Shown here in pieces: positions 1-11,034 of a stretch of DNA of 64,000 nucleotides. Location: NCBI GenBank assembly GCA_977018835.1, contig OZ361261.1, forward strand, positions 868,001 to 932,000, given 5' to 3'. The notes beneath the pieces are model-generated. The model had not been told where the DNA came from. It saw nothing but the letters and a program-made list of their open reading frames with translations, and made no database searches. Source of the stretch: Minutocellus sp. GHC0000111 (Eukaryota). The position numbers and the translations under genes are program-made. How positions within the stretch are numbered: position 1 is the first letter of the stretch; every line of letters begins with the position of its first letter.

Positions 1-594
1 TCAATTGAGCTAATGTATCAGTGCAGTGGGCTGATGAGCAATTAATTATTTATTTTTTGAAAAGTATCGGCATCGCCTGCATGCGTCACACCACACACCG
101 CAGCGAAACCAAGCCAAGCCAAGCTGAGGCAGGATACAAAGGGCCCCAGACTTCGAGAGCAAGGTGAGTTGAATATCTTTCTTCTTTGCCTGCCTTTTTA
201 CACTGCCTTCCGAAACGCCGAAGCAGAGCTGAGATGATGCCTGTTAGTCAACGCACACGAGTGCTGGAGTACGTGTACGAGTCTACTCGGCTCGCATCAT
301 ACTTCAATAGGGACAGTAACCCTTGCTGCATGGTTATCACTCAGCCGAATAGTAGGAGCGCATATCGTATATTCCACCTTGCACATCGTATTCAAAAACA
401 GTTGTACTTACCGACGTTGCTCTTCTTTCCTTTCGTTTCCTATCCCACACCTCATCGAGTTCGTTGGACCTTGTCAGGGCACTACTAGCTAGATCTAGCT
501 ACTAGAGTACGGTGCATCTCACGGTTAGCTCGAAAACCAAGCAACGCAGCAACTCCGGTGCAATGGACTCTCGCAAGGGCGGTGGATCTCAATA

Positions 595-3333
595 ATGGAT
601 CGCCCCGACCACTACCACCACCAATACAAACAGAGGCTCTACGAATGTCTAGCATCATCTCCTGAGCTCTCGCCATCAAACATTGTCATCGAAGACCTCA
701 GTCGCTGGTATGCCGCAAGGTTTCTCCTCGGTCCCAGGCACCACTCCGTTCGCATCGTCAAGAGGGTGGATGGCACTACCTCGAGCGCTGCCATCCCTGC
801 CCGCTTCAGACTTCGAACCGGCAACGCATACTCGGCAGAGATCTTTGACGTTGACGCCCAACCCGGCAAGATTGTCAAAACGCCAGTGGGCTACTACGCC
901 AGTGCGATCCAAGCCCATAAAGCATGCCAGAAAGCTCAAAATGCAAGAGATGAGAGGCTTTTCGATACCACCAAACCGCCGACCCACGTGAAAGTCAAGA
1001 TCATCAGCGATTCCTTGAAAGGTCTGAATCATTTACAACGCATAGAGATGGTTTTTCGAATTCTACTGAATGAGTACAGCCGTCCATCTATCGGGGGGTC
1101 GGCACAGAACCTACTCACAGACCTTCCCTTTGAGCTATTATTGGAGCTACGCGAGGACAAGGTCGACGCAGTGCCAGCGGGCGTCCTGACTGAGCTGCAT
1201 GTTCCCAGCTCGGTCCAGATTGCTACTAGGGCCAACACCACGAATAGCAAGGACCCAATTCTTCATGGAATGAGCCAACAACTCCGACAGCTTGCAATGA
1301 GCGAGTACCAAAAGAGCACGGCCTTGGCTACGGGTAGACCAGAAATGGCAAAGACGAGAAGCAAGATCAACCCAAGGACTAACAGTAGCAGTGAGAGTAT
1401 GCCGGAATTAGCCATTCCAAAGAAGATCAAGAATCCGAACAAGAATCCATTACGTCGACGCCAGCAGAATGCAGTGGAAACAGAGGTATCGGCAAAGCTG
1501 GCCATTTCAGCTCTCAAGCTTGGCGAGAGTGCTATGCATATGCAGAGGATGTGGCGACGGCGTCAGTTGCCTCGCATGCAAAAGCGGTGGACCAAGCTAA
1601 ACCGAGCCGCACTAGATATCCAGCGCGTATTCCGTGCTTCTCGAGGACGTCAAAAGGTTCGAGACTGGCGCAGGTCCAGAGATCTGGCCGTTGTCACCCT
1701 TCAACGCCGATTTCGGCGACACCAGCTGACTCGTCTCGCCACTTTGACCCAAACCGCCGCCAGAGGATGGTTCGCGCGTAGGCATTTGTATTGGGTGGTG
1801 GCCAATGCCGACACGGCAATTACAATTCAGAAAATGGCAAGAGGCTTCCTTGGTAGGCGCACTTTCCGCCAGGTTCTGCACAAAAGGGAAATTATGCTGA
1901 GGAACGAGGCTGCCACCCACATTGCAAGGCGTACTCGAACATACATCCAGAGGTGTCGGTACTTGGTCATGCTTCGTGATATGTATCACGAGACTGTAGA
2001 GCTTCCAAAACTGGTAAAAATCCAAGCCTTCTGGCGAATGTGCTCTGCCACAAGCCTCCTGCACCGGATGCAAGAGGAAAGAAATGCGGCCACGACCATC
2101 CAGCGCCACGCTAGGGGAGTTTCTATCCGAAAAATCCTTCAAGCATATCGCTACTCTTTGTTTCGACACAAATGTGCTAATATAATCCAGAGCATCGTCC
2201 GAGGATTCCTCGATAGATGCATTGTTGTCAGAATCAAGAGGAGAAACCATTTCCATTATGTCGTCATCCCAAGCGCGAATCTGATTCAGAGCGTTTTCCG
2301 CGGCTACAAGGAAAGATTGAGACAGAATTCCGCCAAAACAATACAGACTGCGTATCGACGATTAAAGTCTCATCAACACTTCCGAGATAAATGGCAGAGA
2401 TACGTGTCAATGCTGAAACAGAGGTCAGCTTTGATGATCCAAACTTGGTTCAGGTCTCGGTCAGCCCGACATTGTTACTTGAAATTGTTGGACTATGAGC
2501 GCGGCAAAAGACTCTATGCCAGTCGCACAATTCTATACGCCTGGCGGCGTTTCAAATCAAGAGAGAAAATTCTCTTGAAAAGGGAAGAGCTAGAATACCA
2601 GAGAAGCCAGGAGACAATAATCGCTCTTCAAAGAGAAGAGGAAAGCGTTAGAAATAGAATCAAGCAGTTAGGGGACGAGATCGAGGCCAATAGAGTCGCT
2701 GGTTTGGAAGCCGAGAAACGACTCAAACAACACAAGAACCAACTTGAAGAGGCAACGTCGCTAATGGGAGTGGTCGAATCCGAAGATGTGCTCTTTAGTG
2801 AGCCCGACGCCGATGCTGAGAGGTCGAGGTTGCAGCTTCAGTTGCGCGATGTTATCGATTCCATCGCATCATGTAAAGATATCGTCAAATTATCCAGGAG
2901 CAACGTCGCTCGGCTCCAATTCGAGCGAGATATAGTGTATGTCAATGATCTAGATCGGCTGTGCAGTTTCGAGTTTGAGGAATACGAGAAGCAACGAAAG
3001 GCCGAGCTTCAGAGATGCATGGCACGCAAGGAACGGGAGTGGAGGGAACGCGTTCGCTATGAAAGGATGAGGTGGGCCGTCAAGCTACCGATATCAAAGG
3101 CGAAGGTGGAGCCTTCCAAGAGCCAGTCTTTGGATATCGCATTTCATCGGAGCGTTTCAACAGCCAAGAGGAGAGAAATATTGGAAGAACAAACCCGAAT
3201 GCTGAATGATGAAGCCCAAAAGAAGACCGATGAAGCGATACGCCAAAGAAATCAGAAAGGGGCTGACAATAAGGCAGTCCGGGAGCTTTACAATCGAATC
3301 TTTTGCAATATGCAGTCAATTATGAAAAGTTAA
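595..3333 (+). CDS. IQ-motif (calmodulin-binding) repeat protein with N-terminal split BolA-like domain and C-terminal coiled coil
   Basis: 912-aa intronless ORF. Many IQ-like motifs (IQRVFRASRGR, IQKMARGFLGR, IQRHARG, IQSIVRGFLDR, IQSVFRGYKER, IQTWFRS). BolA-like segments LSPSNIVIEDLS and THVKVKIISDSLKGLNHLQRIEMVFRIL. Confidence 0.8.
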   Translation: MDRPDHYHHQYKQRLYECLASSPELSPSNIVIEDLSRWYAARFLLGPRHHSVRIVKRVDGTTSSAAIPARFRLRTGNAYSAEIFDVDAQPGKIVKTPVGYYASAIQAHKACQKAQNARDERLFDTTKPPTHVKVKIISDSLKGLNHLQRIEMVFRILLNEYSRPSIGGSAQNLLTDLPFELLLELREDKVDAVPAGVLTELHVPSSVQIATRANTTNSKDPILHGMSQQLRQLAMSEYQKSTALATGRPEMAKTRSKINPRTNSSSESMPELAIPKKIKNPNKNPLRRRQQNAVETEVSAKLAISALKLGESAMHMQRMWRRRQLPRMQKRWTKLNRAALDIQRVFRASRGRQKVRDWRRSRDLAVVTLQRRFRRHQLTRLATLTQTAARGWFARRHLYWVVANADTAITIQKMARGFLGRRTFRQVLHKREIMLRNEAATHIARRTRTYIQRCRYLVMLRDMYHETVELPKLVKIQAFWRMCSATSLLHRMQEERNAATTIQRHARGVSIRKILQAYRYSLFRHKCANIIQSIVRGFLDRCIVVRIKRRNHFHYVVIPSANLIQSVFRGYKERLRQNSAKTIQTAYRRLKSHQHFRDKWQRYVSMLKQRSALMIQTWFRSRSARHCYLKLLDYERGKRLYASRTILYAWRRFKSREKILLKREELEYQRSQETIIALQREEESVRNRIKQLGDEIEANRVAGLEAEKRLKQHKNQLEEATSLMGVVESEDVLFSEPDADAERSRLQLQLRDVIDSIASCKDIVKLSRSNVARLQFERDIVYVNDLDRLCSFEFEEYEKQRKAELQRCMARKEREWRERVRYERMRWAVKLPISKAKVEPSKSQSLDIAFHRSVSTAKRREILEEQTRMLNDEAQKKTDEAIRQRNQKGADNKAVRELYNRIFCNMQSIMKS

Positions 3334-3358
3334 GAAGGAAGCACCACCCACATCGACT

Positions 3359-4045
3359 TTACAAATTCAATTGCTTCGCCAAATCATCCATGTACCGCTG
3401 CATCGAGACAACGTCCTTCTTGGCCGTTGCCAGAAACGTTGCAGGTGTACCCTTGGCCGACGAGTGTTCCACAAACAGCGATTGATAGGCTGCTCCTTCT
3501 GCTTGATACAAATACGCTTCAAACTCGTTTGCACACTCTGTGAATTCCACAAGGTCCTCGGCTTCATCTCTCAGATCCTTCACAACCTTGGTGATGCCAT
3601 ACATGTTGCTCGAAACGCCCACAGTGCCAAGATAGCGCCTCACTGCATCGCCACCTCCCTCACAAATCGTGTCATAATTTTCCAGCAGGTACTGCACGTC
3701 CTTTCGAGCCGCGCTGAATCGCTGTTTGCCCTCCTCCACACTCAGCTTGGTACCTGGACTGAACGTCTTGGCCTCGTCTTGGGTAGCATCCATCAGCGTC
3801 GCTGCGGCTGGTTGGATAGTACTCGCACTGCTTATGAGAAGAGAAGCCGAAGTTGCCACCAGAAAGGATAGGCGGCTGCTGCTGGTTGCCGAGAGGACCA
3901 AGCCCGATTGTGGTGATTCATTAGAGGCATCCCGACCAATACGCGTTGACAGCCGAGCAGGAACATCCGCAGAGCCCGGAACAAAGGCCGACGAGCCACT
4001 CGAGTAGAGGCAGAGGATCAAGGGGAGGGTCGACGTGGCGCGCAT
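3359..4045 (-). CDS. Plastid (probably thylakoid-lumen) targeted small helical protein, possibly PsbQ-like
   Basis: Signal peptide ending SSA|F, Ser/Arg-rich transit region, second hydrophobic stretch ending in AAA, helical mature part (GDAVRRYLGTVG). Product is tentative. Confidence 0.65.
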   Translation of the reverse strand: MRATSTLPLILCLYSSGSSAFVPGSADVPARLSTRIGRDASNESPQSGLVLSATSSSRLSFLVATSASLLISSASTIQPAAATLMDATQDEAKTFSPGTKLSVEEGKQRFSAARKDVQYLLENYDTICEGGGDAVRRYLGTVGVSSNMYGITKVVKDLRDEAEDLVEFTECANEFEAYLYQAEGAAYQSLFVEHSSAKGTPATFLATAKKDVVSMQRYMDDLAKQLNL

Positions 4046-4306
4046 GGTTGCCTTGTATTGTGAGCAAGCTCTCCGTGGAGCAAGATCGAAATAAAGTCAT
4101 CTTTCAGTCTGTCCTCGTCCGTCGCGAGCCAAAAAGCAGGGAGAGCGCCCACACACGAAGTTCGGCAAACCGCCAAATTGCGAGCAACCGCCGCGAGGGA
4201 AGTTGTGCCCTCCCCCAACCATAACTTGACTGCCAAAGACGCTCACTGCCAAAGGCAGGCAACATTCCAAGCATATAATTATCATAGTAGTAGGCGGTAG
4301 CACATC

Positions 4307-7300
4307 ATGGCGAGATACGCAGCGGCTGCGCTTCTTTCCGTGATTCTCACCTCGTCCGGCTCTGGCCACCAAAAGAACAACGATGGTTCTTCGTCGTTGC
4401 TTCTTCCCGGTTGCTCGGCCTTTGTTGCGCCGACGCCTTCGGCACTTCCAGCCCATATTGGCAGTTCTGCTAGAAGTTCGCATTCGCATGCATCGGTATC
4501 ACCTCCATCATCATCATCATCATCGCTGCTACGCATGACTATTCATCACGGAGAGCGAGTAACCGATGGCCGAGTTACCGCACCGTCGTCGTCCTCCGCC
4601 AGTGCCAGTTCCAGTTCTACCGGTAATCGCAAATCACCTCCGCCGCTTCCCCTGACATCCGATCCGCTCTCCGTCCTCGGACTGGATGACAGTCCTGAAT
4701 CCTATCCCAGCGGATACATCCCCTCCACGGCCGTCAAGCGAGCGTACCGCCAGCGCACGGCACAGTACCATCCCGACGCCATTATTTCCCCAGAGTCGAC
4801 CAAGGAGGAACGGCAAAAGGCCAACGATGACTTTGCTCGCATCACCGCCGCCTACGAAGCAGCCGTGTCGCAGCAGGTGCAGTACCAGATCCGGACCGAT
4901 GCTGACATTACCACCACGGAGGTTGGGGGGACGACGATTGGAGTGGGCATCAACGTGTTTGCCTATGACTTTGATCGGAAGAAGGAGGAATTGGAGAAGA
5001 GCCGGACCGCCGCCGCCTCCGCAGGAGCATCTGGCAAGGTACGTGGCAAAGATTTGCAGAGGTTTAGAAGACCCAGACGGGATTGAGTTGGCTGTAGTTC
5101 GGAATTACGCTTGCCAACGATTGAAAAATGCTTGTATGCATGTGATCCTTTTGCTTGTCTTGTTTTCATGAAGTTCACAATTAATTCTCATGTTCTGTTG
5201 CACGGCACATTTTGTGTTCAACTGTTACATGTGCTGTCTCAAAACAGCCAAACGATCTCGCCCATCACTGGGACAACACCAAGGACCGTCTCCTGAACAA
5301 TCAGTTGGACGATCTCAAAACACGTCTGCAGGAGGCCGAACGAGTCAAGACGGAGCAGCATTCGTCGATATTGGATCTGGAGGAGAAGATTGCCGCGTTG
5401 GAAAGCGAGATGTCGTCCCAGAGCCGTGTGAGGGAGGATGCTGACAGCCGGATCGGCAAGGCCACGCAGCGCATCGGAAAGGCGTTTGGCAAGATATTTA
5501 GCGTATTGGGCGATGGCGCCGCTAGCGAAAGTGAGACAAAGGATGACAGCTCTGGCAGCACGAGTGATGCCACTACTACACCCAACGCCAATGATATCGA
5601 TGAGGTTGTGAGCCGATTGGTAGATGATGCTCTCCCCCTCTTGGAGAAGAAGGCCGTGTCTACGGCCACGGACTTGGAACGGCAGCAGGAAGAATTGGAC
5701 AAGGTTCGCGAGGACGTATCTACCCTGCAGGGGACCCTCCACAAGCTGAAACAGGAGAAACATGAGGCTGAGGCCGATGCGCTGGCTGCCAAGGAACGGA
5801 CCAACACGCTGCGGTCCGGCTTCTTTGCCGAGATCAACAAGGAGGTGGCCGTCGCTACGACGCAGGTGGAGCACAAGGCCGAGGAGATGGAGGAACTCAC
5901 CAAGAAGGAGCTTCGTGTTAAGTCACAGCTCGATGTGCTGCAAAAGGAGATCAAGGAGAAGAAGAAGGAAATGAACAGCCTAACATATGAGGCCGAGGAC
6001 ACCATGCGGGCAGCCAAGGCGGAGAAGGCCAAGGCCGAGAAGGCAATGGAATTGGCTGATCGTACGAGCGAGGATCTGATGAAGAAGGAATCTGACCTGG
6101 CCTTGCGGATGGAGCAGCTCGAGGAGAGTCAGGCCCGGTTGGAGGCCGATCGACAGTCTCTCAAACATGATCTGATGGCTCTTCAAGAACAGAAGAAAGA
6201 CCTCGAAGACAGGGAGGCTGACATTAAGCTGAACATCGAGAACTTGAAGACCGAACAGCAGGCCCTGGAGGAGGCACAGCTATCCACCGAGGAGGCTTCC
6301 GATGAACTTGAATTGCAGGTAAGCTGCGAATGGAATTGTGTTCGCCAATTGGCGACCTCCTATTTTTGTGCATGCTGTCCAAATATGCGCCAATTCGATT
6401 CAAAACTCACACTTCAACCATTTTCCCTCCTAAATTATCAGCGCAAGGAAATCCGTGCGGTGCAGGATCGTCTGCTGTTGATGCAAACAAATCAGGAAGA
6501 GCTCGAAGCTGCTCTGGCTGAAAAGGAACAGGAGCTAATTGATTCGGAGAGCGATTTGTTGGGTCGAATTGCAGAGCTCGAGAAGCGGGAGAAGGAGGCC
6601 GATGCCACCGATGTCGAGCTGAAGGAATTTGAGCTTGATTTGAACCATCGCAACGAGTCCATGAAGCTTCAGCTGGAAGATATCGAGGATCAGCGTCGCG
6701 CCTTGGACCAAAGATCTGATGAGGTGGCCGCCATGGAAGCAGCTGCCTCGGCGGATCGTGCCGAAGTCGATCGTTTGACGGAAATCATGAAGAGCCGTGA
6801 GGCGGATATCACCAAGCAGGCCACCGATTTGCAGGAGAAGATCGACGACCTCAAGGCCAGGGAAGAGAAACTCAAGACTGAGACGAACGACCTTGCCGAG
6901 AAGCGGAAGGATGTTGAGCGCGAGTGGGCTGAGATCGAACAGAGAGAGAAGGCACTATCGGACAAGAAGGAACTGCTCGAAAAGAAAGAGACCGACCATA
7001 AGGAGGCCGTCGAGCGTGCCAAGAAGGAGAATGACGAAGAGAGCAAGCGTCTCGCCTCATTTCAAGAGCAGCTCAAAGAGGAAGAGAAGGATATCAAGGA
7101 ATCTCGAGAGCTACTCGCTGCTCTTGACGTGAAGGTGAAGGGTCGCGAGGAAGAATGCAATAAGCGGGAGGAGAAGCTCACCAAGGAGAAGCAAATTCTC
7201 GAGGATTCCATAAGGCTGCATCGAGAGAAAATGTTGAACGCTCAGGGTCAGCTCGATGAATGGAAGAAGAGACGAGAGGAGGAAGAGAAGCTCTTCATCA

Positions 7301-7482
7301 AGATTCGAACCGATCGAGAGGTTGAGGAACGCCGAGCCCAGAAGGTAACCGCCGACGCCAAGAGAGCCAGAGAGGATATGCTCAAGACCAGAGTGGAACA
7401 AGCCCGGAAGGAGCTTGGCGCATTGCAGTCTGAGGTTGAGAGCAAGGTCAATGTTTCATCTGGTCAGGCCAATTCGTCGTAA
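4307..7482 (+). CDS. J-domain (DnaJ) protein fused to a long coiled coil; exons 4307-5038, 5248-6318, 6442-7482 (~947 aa)
   Basis: J-domain VKRAYRQRTAQYHPD...FARITAAYE. Donor AAG|gtacgt at 5039 and acceptor aaacag| at 5247 join the two ORFs in phase 0. Second in-frame intron gtaagc..tatcag at 6319-6441. E/K/L heptad-rich body. SAF-type leader. Confidence 0.75.
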
Positions 7483-7760
7483 AGGTGGGATAGCTTTTGT
7501 ATTGATTGTTCCTCACTCTACCTTGGAAGCCTTCAACCAATGTATTTTCCTTTTGTGGGGTCGCTATTCGCTACTTCTAAATCAATATATGTTTGTATAG
7601 ATATGAAAAAATAACAATTAAAGTAAGCCAATGTGCTGACTTGACACAAAGTATGGATTCTGATTTGATAACGTATAAACTCTTGAAGTAATTGATGACA
7701 GCAACAGCTCCTCAAAAAAGGTAACACGAAAAGCGAATATCAGAGACAATCACACGGCAA

Positions 7761-8764
7761 TTAAGAAGCCTCGTCGCCCTGTCCCTCGAAGAAGATGGCA
7801 TTGAGGAAGATGGCAGAAGCCATAATCAGTCCCTTCTGCTCGGTCGTGGCATCCTTAGGAAAGTCGCATTCGAACACGTCTGCGTCGGTAAAGATTTCCG
7901 CAGCCATGCTCTTCTTGACCTTTAGGATCTTGCCCGAAGGTTCGGCACCGTTATCAGTATCCTTTATGTCGGCGGGGAAGACATGGAATGGGGCCTTGCA
8001 GCAGCCCCGTCCGAAGCAGGGGTTGCCCTCCGCGCAGCAGTTGACGCACATACCACCGCAGCAGGTAGGCTGATGCATCTTGTAGATGGCCTTTCCATCG
8101 GCATCATTGATCTCGAAGCGAGGAACGCAGCAGTAGCACTTCTCCTCGATCTGAATAGCAACACAGCATCACCAGTAAGATAGAAAGAGAGCAAGAACGC
8201 AATACGTGAGGAAACCGAGAAGCAATGAAATCAAAGACACGAGAAATTTATCTCAAAAGATGATATGTATCATAATGCAGAACATGCAATTGATTGACGA
8301 CGTACATTGCCAATCTTCTTGCCACCAGAATTCATATCCATCGAACGGAAGCAGCAGCAGCTGCAGCTACCGCAGCAAACGAAGGGACGGTCGACGCTGA
8401 TGATCTCCTCCTTGGTTCCCTCCTCGGCAACTGTCATTTTGAACGCATGGTTGGGCGCAAGGCAAAGGCGGCAGCAGAAGGAAGAATCCTCCTTGGCATG
8501 AGCAAACTTTTCCTTCTCCGTTCCTTTGTAGAAATCGAACTCGGTGCTGGCCTCACACCCAAGGCATTCCTGGAAGCAACCCTTCCTCTTCTGAGCGACC
8601 TTCACCTTGTCGACAGAGTCGAGGTGACGTTCCACTGCGAAAATGAATTGAAGAATGAGATGGAAAGGTAAGAACAAGGCGAGAGGAAAGGATGGGCAGC
8701 AGATCAACACAAGCACATCATGACTGCGCTCCACTCTATCGCACTTACTGACTTGAGTCTCCAT
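7761..8764 (-). CDS. Phospholipid scramblase family protein; exons 8764-8749, 8634-8306, 8150-7761
   Basis: Cys-rich scramblase motifs EDSSFCCRLCL, DRPFVCC, IEEKCYCCVPRF and EIFTDADVFECDFP...KGLIMASAIFLNAIFFE. Canonical GT-AG introns keep the frame. Confidence 0.85.
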
Positions 8765-9087
8765 CTTTCAAATAAGGTTTGCTGGTCAATTGAACTAATC
8801 CGGTCAATAAGATATGCGGATCAAGCATCATTGCCAACTGGCGTGGCGGCGCGAATGCAATTTTTCGACCTCAAAACGATCTCCCAGGTCAGGCCGAGTT
8901 GAGTTTTTGCGACGCACTTAATTGATGCAAATAGTTTCCGGGTTATTTTGGACCGATTGCGCAGCAGCAGCAGCAGCACGCATGATCCTCATTATTTCTC
9001 AACACAACTCGAATTAGTCGAAGGCCAAGCAACCACACAACTCATCGTCGTATCCAACCCATTCATACCACACCAACGCCCACCAAA

Positions 9088-10760
9088 ATGAACACAATCA
9101 ATCCCCTGTCTACCACGATCAACGCCAATGCGTCCGTATCTGTCGAGGCAAGCGCGTTCTCCTCCGTATCTTCGCCAATTCCTACTTCGATGGCACATCC
9201 CAATCTTTCCAACGACCACAAGCCATCTGCCACCAAAGTCACGAAAGATACGGCTTCTATCGCCACCGCCACGTCCAAGTCGTTGGCCACCGTTACTCCC
9301 TCGCCTACCAACTTTGTCATCGATGCAACTGCTTCGATTGCTCCCGCGGCAACTACCGTATCTGCCATGACCACCACCATCACGTCCCAAACCTCGTCTC
9401 GTGCCGTTTCTACGGACAACAACAAGGAAGGAGATGAAGGAGGCCGTATCACCGAGACTACCTGTGCGATCAGCACTACTCCTTCCCCAACTAACAATAA
9501 CGATTCGGTATCTTCTACCACCAGCCTCGCGTGCCTGGCGCAGCTCTGCTCCTCCATCCTCAACGAGTCCAAGAAGAAGTCGAGTGCACCGCTCGTGCTG
9601 AACAAGGACCATGGCACAGAGTACGGCAACGATGATGATATGACGATGACTGGCATCTCACCCTCCACCAATACCGCCGTCGCCCATCCCAACACCGATA
9701 CGTTGTCCCTCCTCATCCCCAACAACAACGACGACGACGATGACGACGTTACGTATGAAGATTCACTCGTGTCCTCTGCCGCTGCCTCCTCTCCCATGAC
9801 CAGCACCACGAGGAACACGACGAGGCCCAAGACGAGGCCTACGTCGCTGTACACCGACGATCATCCCTCCGAGATGAACCAGCTGGTAAGTTCGTTCGTT
9901 TGTTCTATTTCAATACGTAATTTTGGCGACCTTGCACATTACGTGGTGGATTTGGCAAAAAGATACGCTCACATACACACACCATTTCGCTATTCGCATT
10001 ATACCTCTTGTATACGCAGCATTGCTACCTCCTCAAGGATATCCTCGAGTAGTACTACGTCGACACGTCGTCCAAGATTGCCAAGAAGAAGGCAGTATTC
10101 AAACCCAATCCCAACGCTTACCGGACCAGAACCTCTGCCACCAGCAACGATGATGGCGACATGACGACCATGACGACCCACAAGCGTCGTCGTCGTACCA
10201 AAACGGCCAAGGCGATGGCATTGGAAGAGGCCACGTATGACGATGAAGATGAGGCCGCCGAGGAGAGTGCCTTTGGGAAGAAGTCCGGCGACGATGTGCC
10301 GTATGAGGAGGACGATGCCACCGCCAATGACGACGATGATGCCCTCTCCCCCCTCCCTGCCAAGCGTCGCAAGACCCTCATATCGGCCAAGGATGAGCCC
10401 ATCACCGATGCCATCCTTGATATCGGTAGGCGAAAGGAAGATCTCGTGCCTCTGTCTGAGGCTACCAACCTATGTGCCGTCCGTTGCAAGTTCTGCCGCA
10501 AGGAGAAGGGAACCGGTGTGATTTGGGTCAAGAGTCTCACCGAGCAGCACCTCTACGTCAAGGTGGCTGCCTTTTACCGTCTTCATCTGAAGGATTGCGA
10601 GCACTGCCCTCCCCTCGTACTCGCCAAGTTCAAGTCCCTCAAGGCCACCCAGAGTAAGAGAGGCAGGAAGGACTTTTGGATCAAGAGCGCACTCAAGCAA
10701 GGCCTCGTCACCGTCGTCGACGATATGGGCAGAAACGTCGACATTGCCATCAAGGAATAA
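9088..10760 (+). CDS. Diatom-type Cys/His domain protein with Ser/Thr-rich N-terminus; intron 9886-10019; in-frame TAG at 10050-10052
   Basis: Donor CTG|gtaagt and acceptor cgcag| give MNQL-HCYLLKDILE*YYV, continuing in frame into the 10161 ORF. C-terminal CAVRCKFC...HLKDCEHCP...KDFWIKSALKQGL domain is typical of a diatom-expanded family. Confidence 0.6.
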
Positions 10761-11034
10761 GGTCGTCCAATCACCGCAACAAGAGCAAGTCACAACCGTT
10801 CGATGATAGGAGGCGATAGGAAATACAGATAATGGAATATACATCGTCTCCTTGTGAATCATGAGCGGAATCATTCAAACTATACAAAATCGAAGGACAA
10901 AGTAGCAATGGTGTGCGGGACAAGACACCGATCCTGCGCTGTGTAGCCACCTACTAACGAATAACAATACGAAGTCACAAGATACATCCTCATATCATCT
11001 GATCTACGTATGCAAATTGCACTATCTTCATCTA

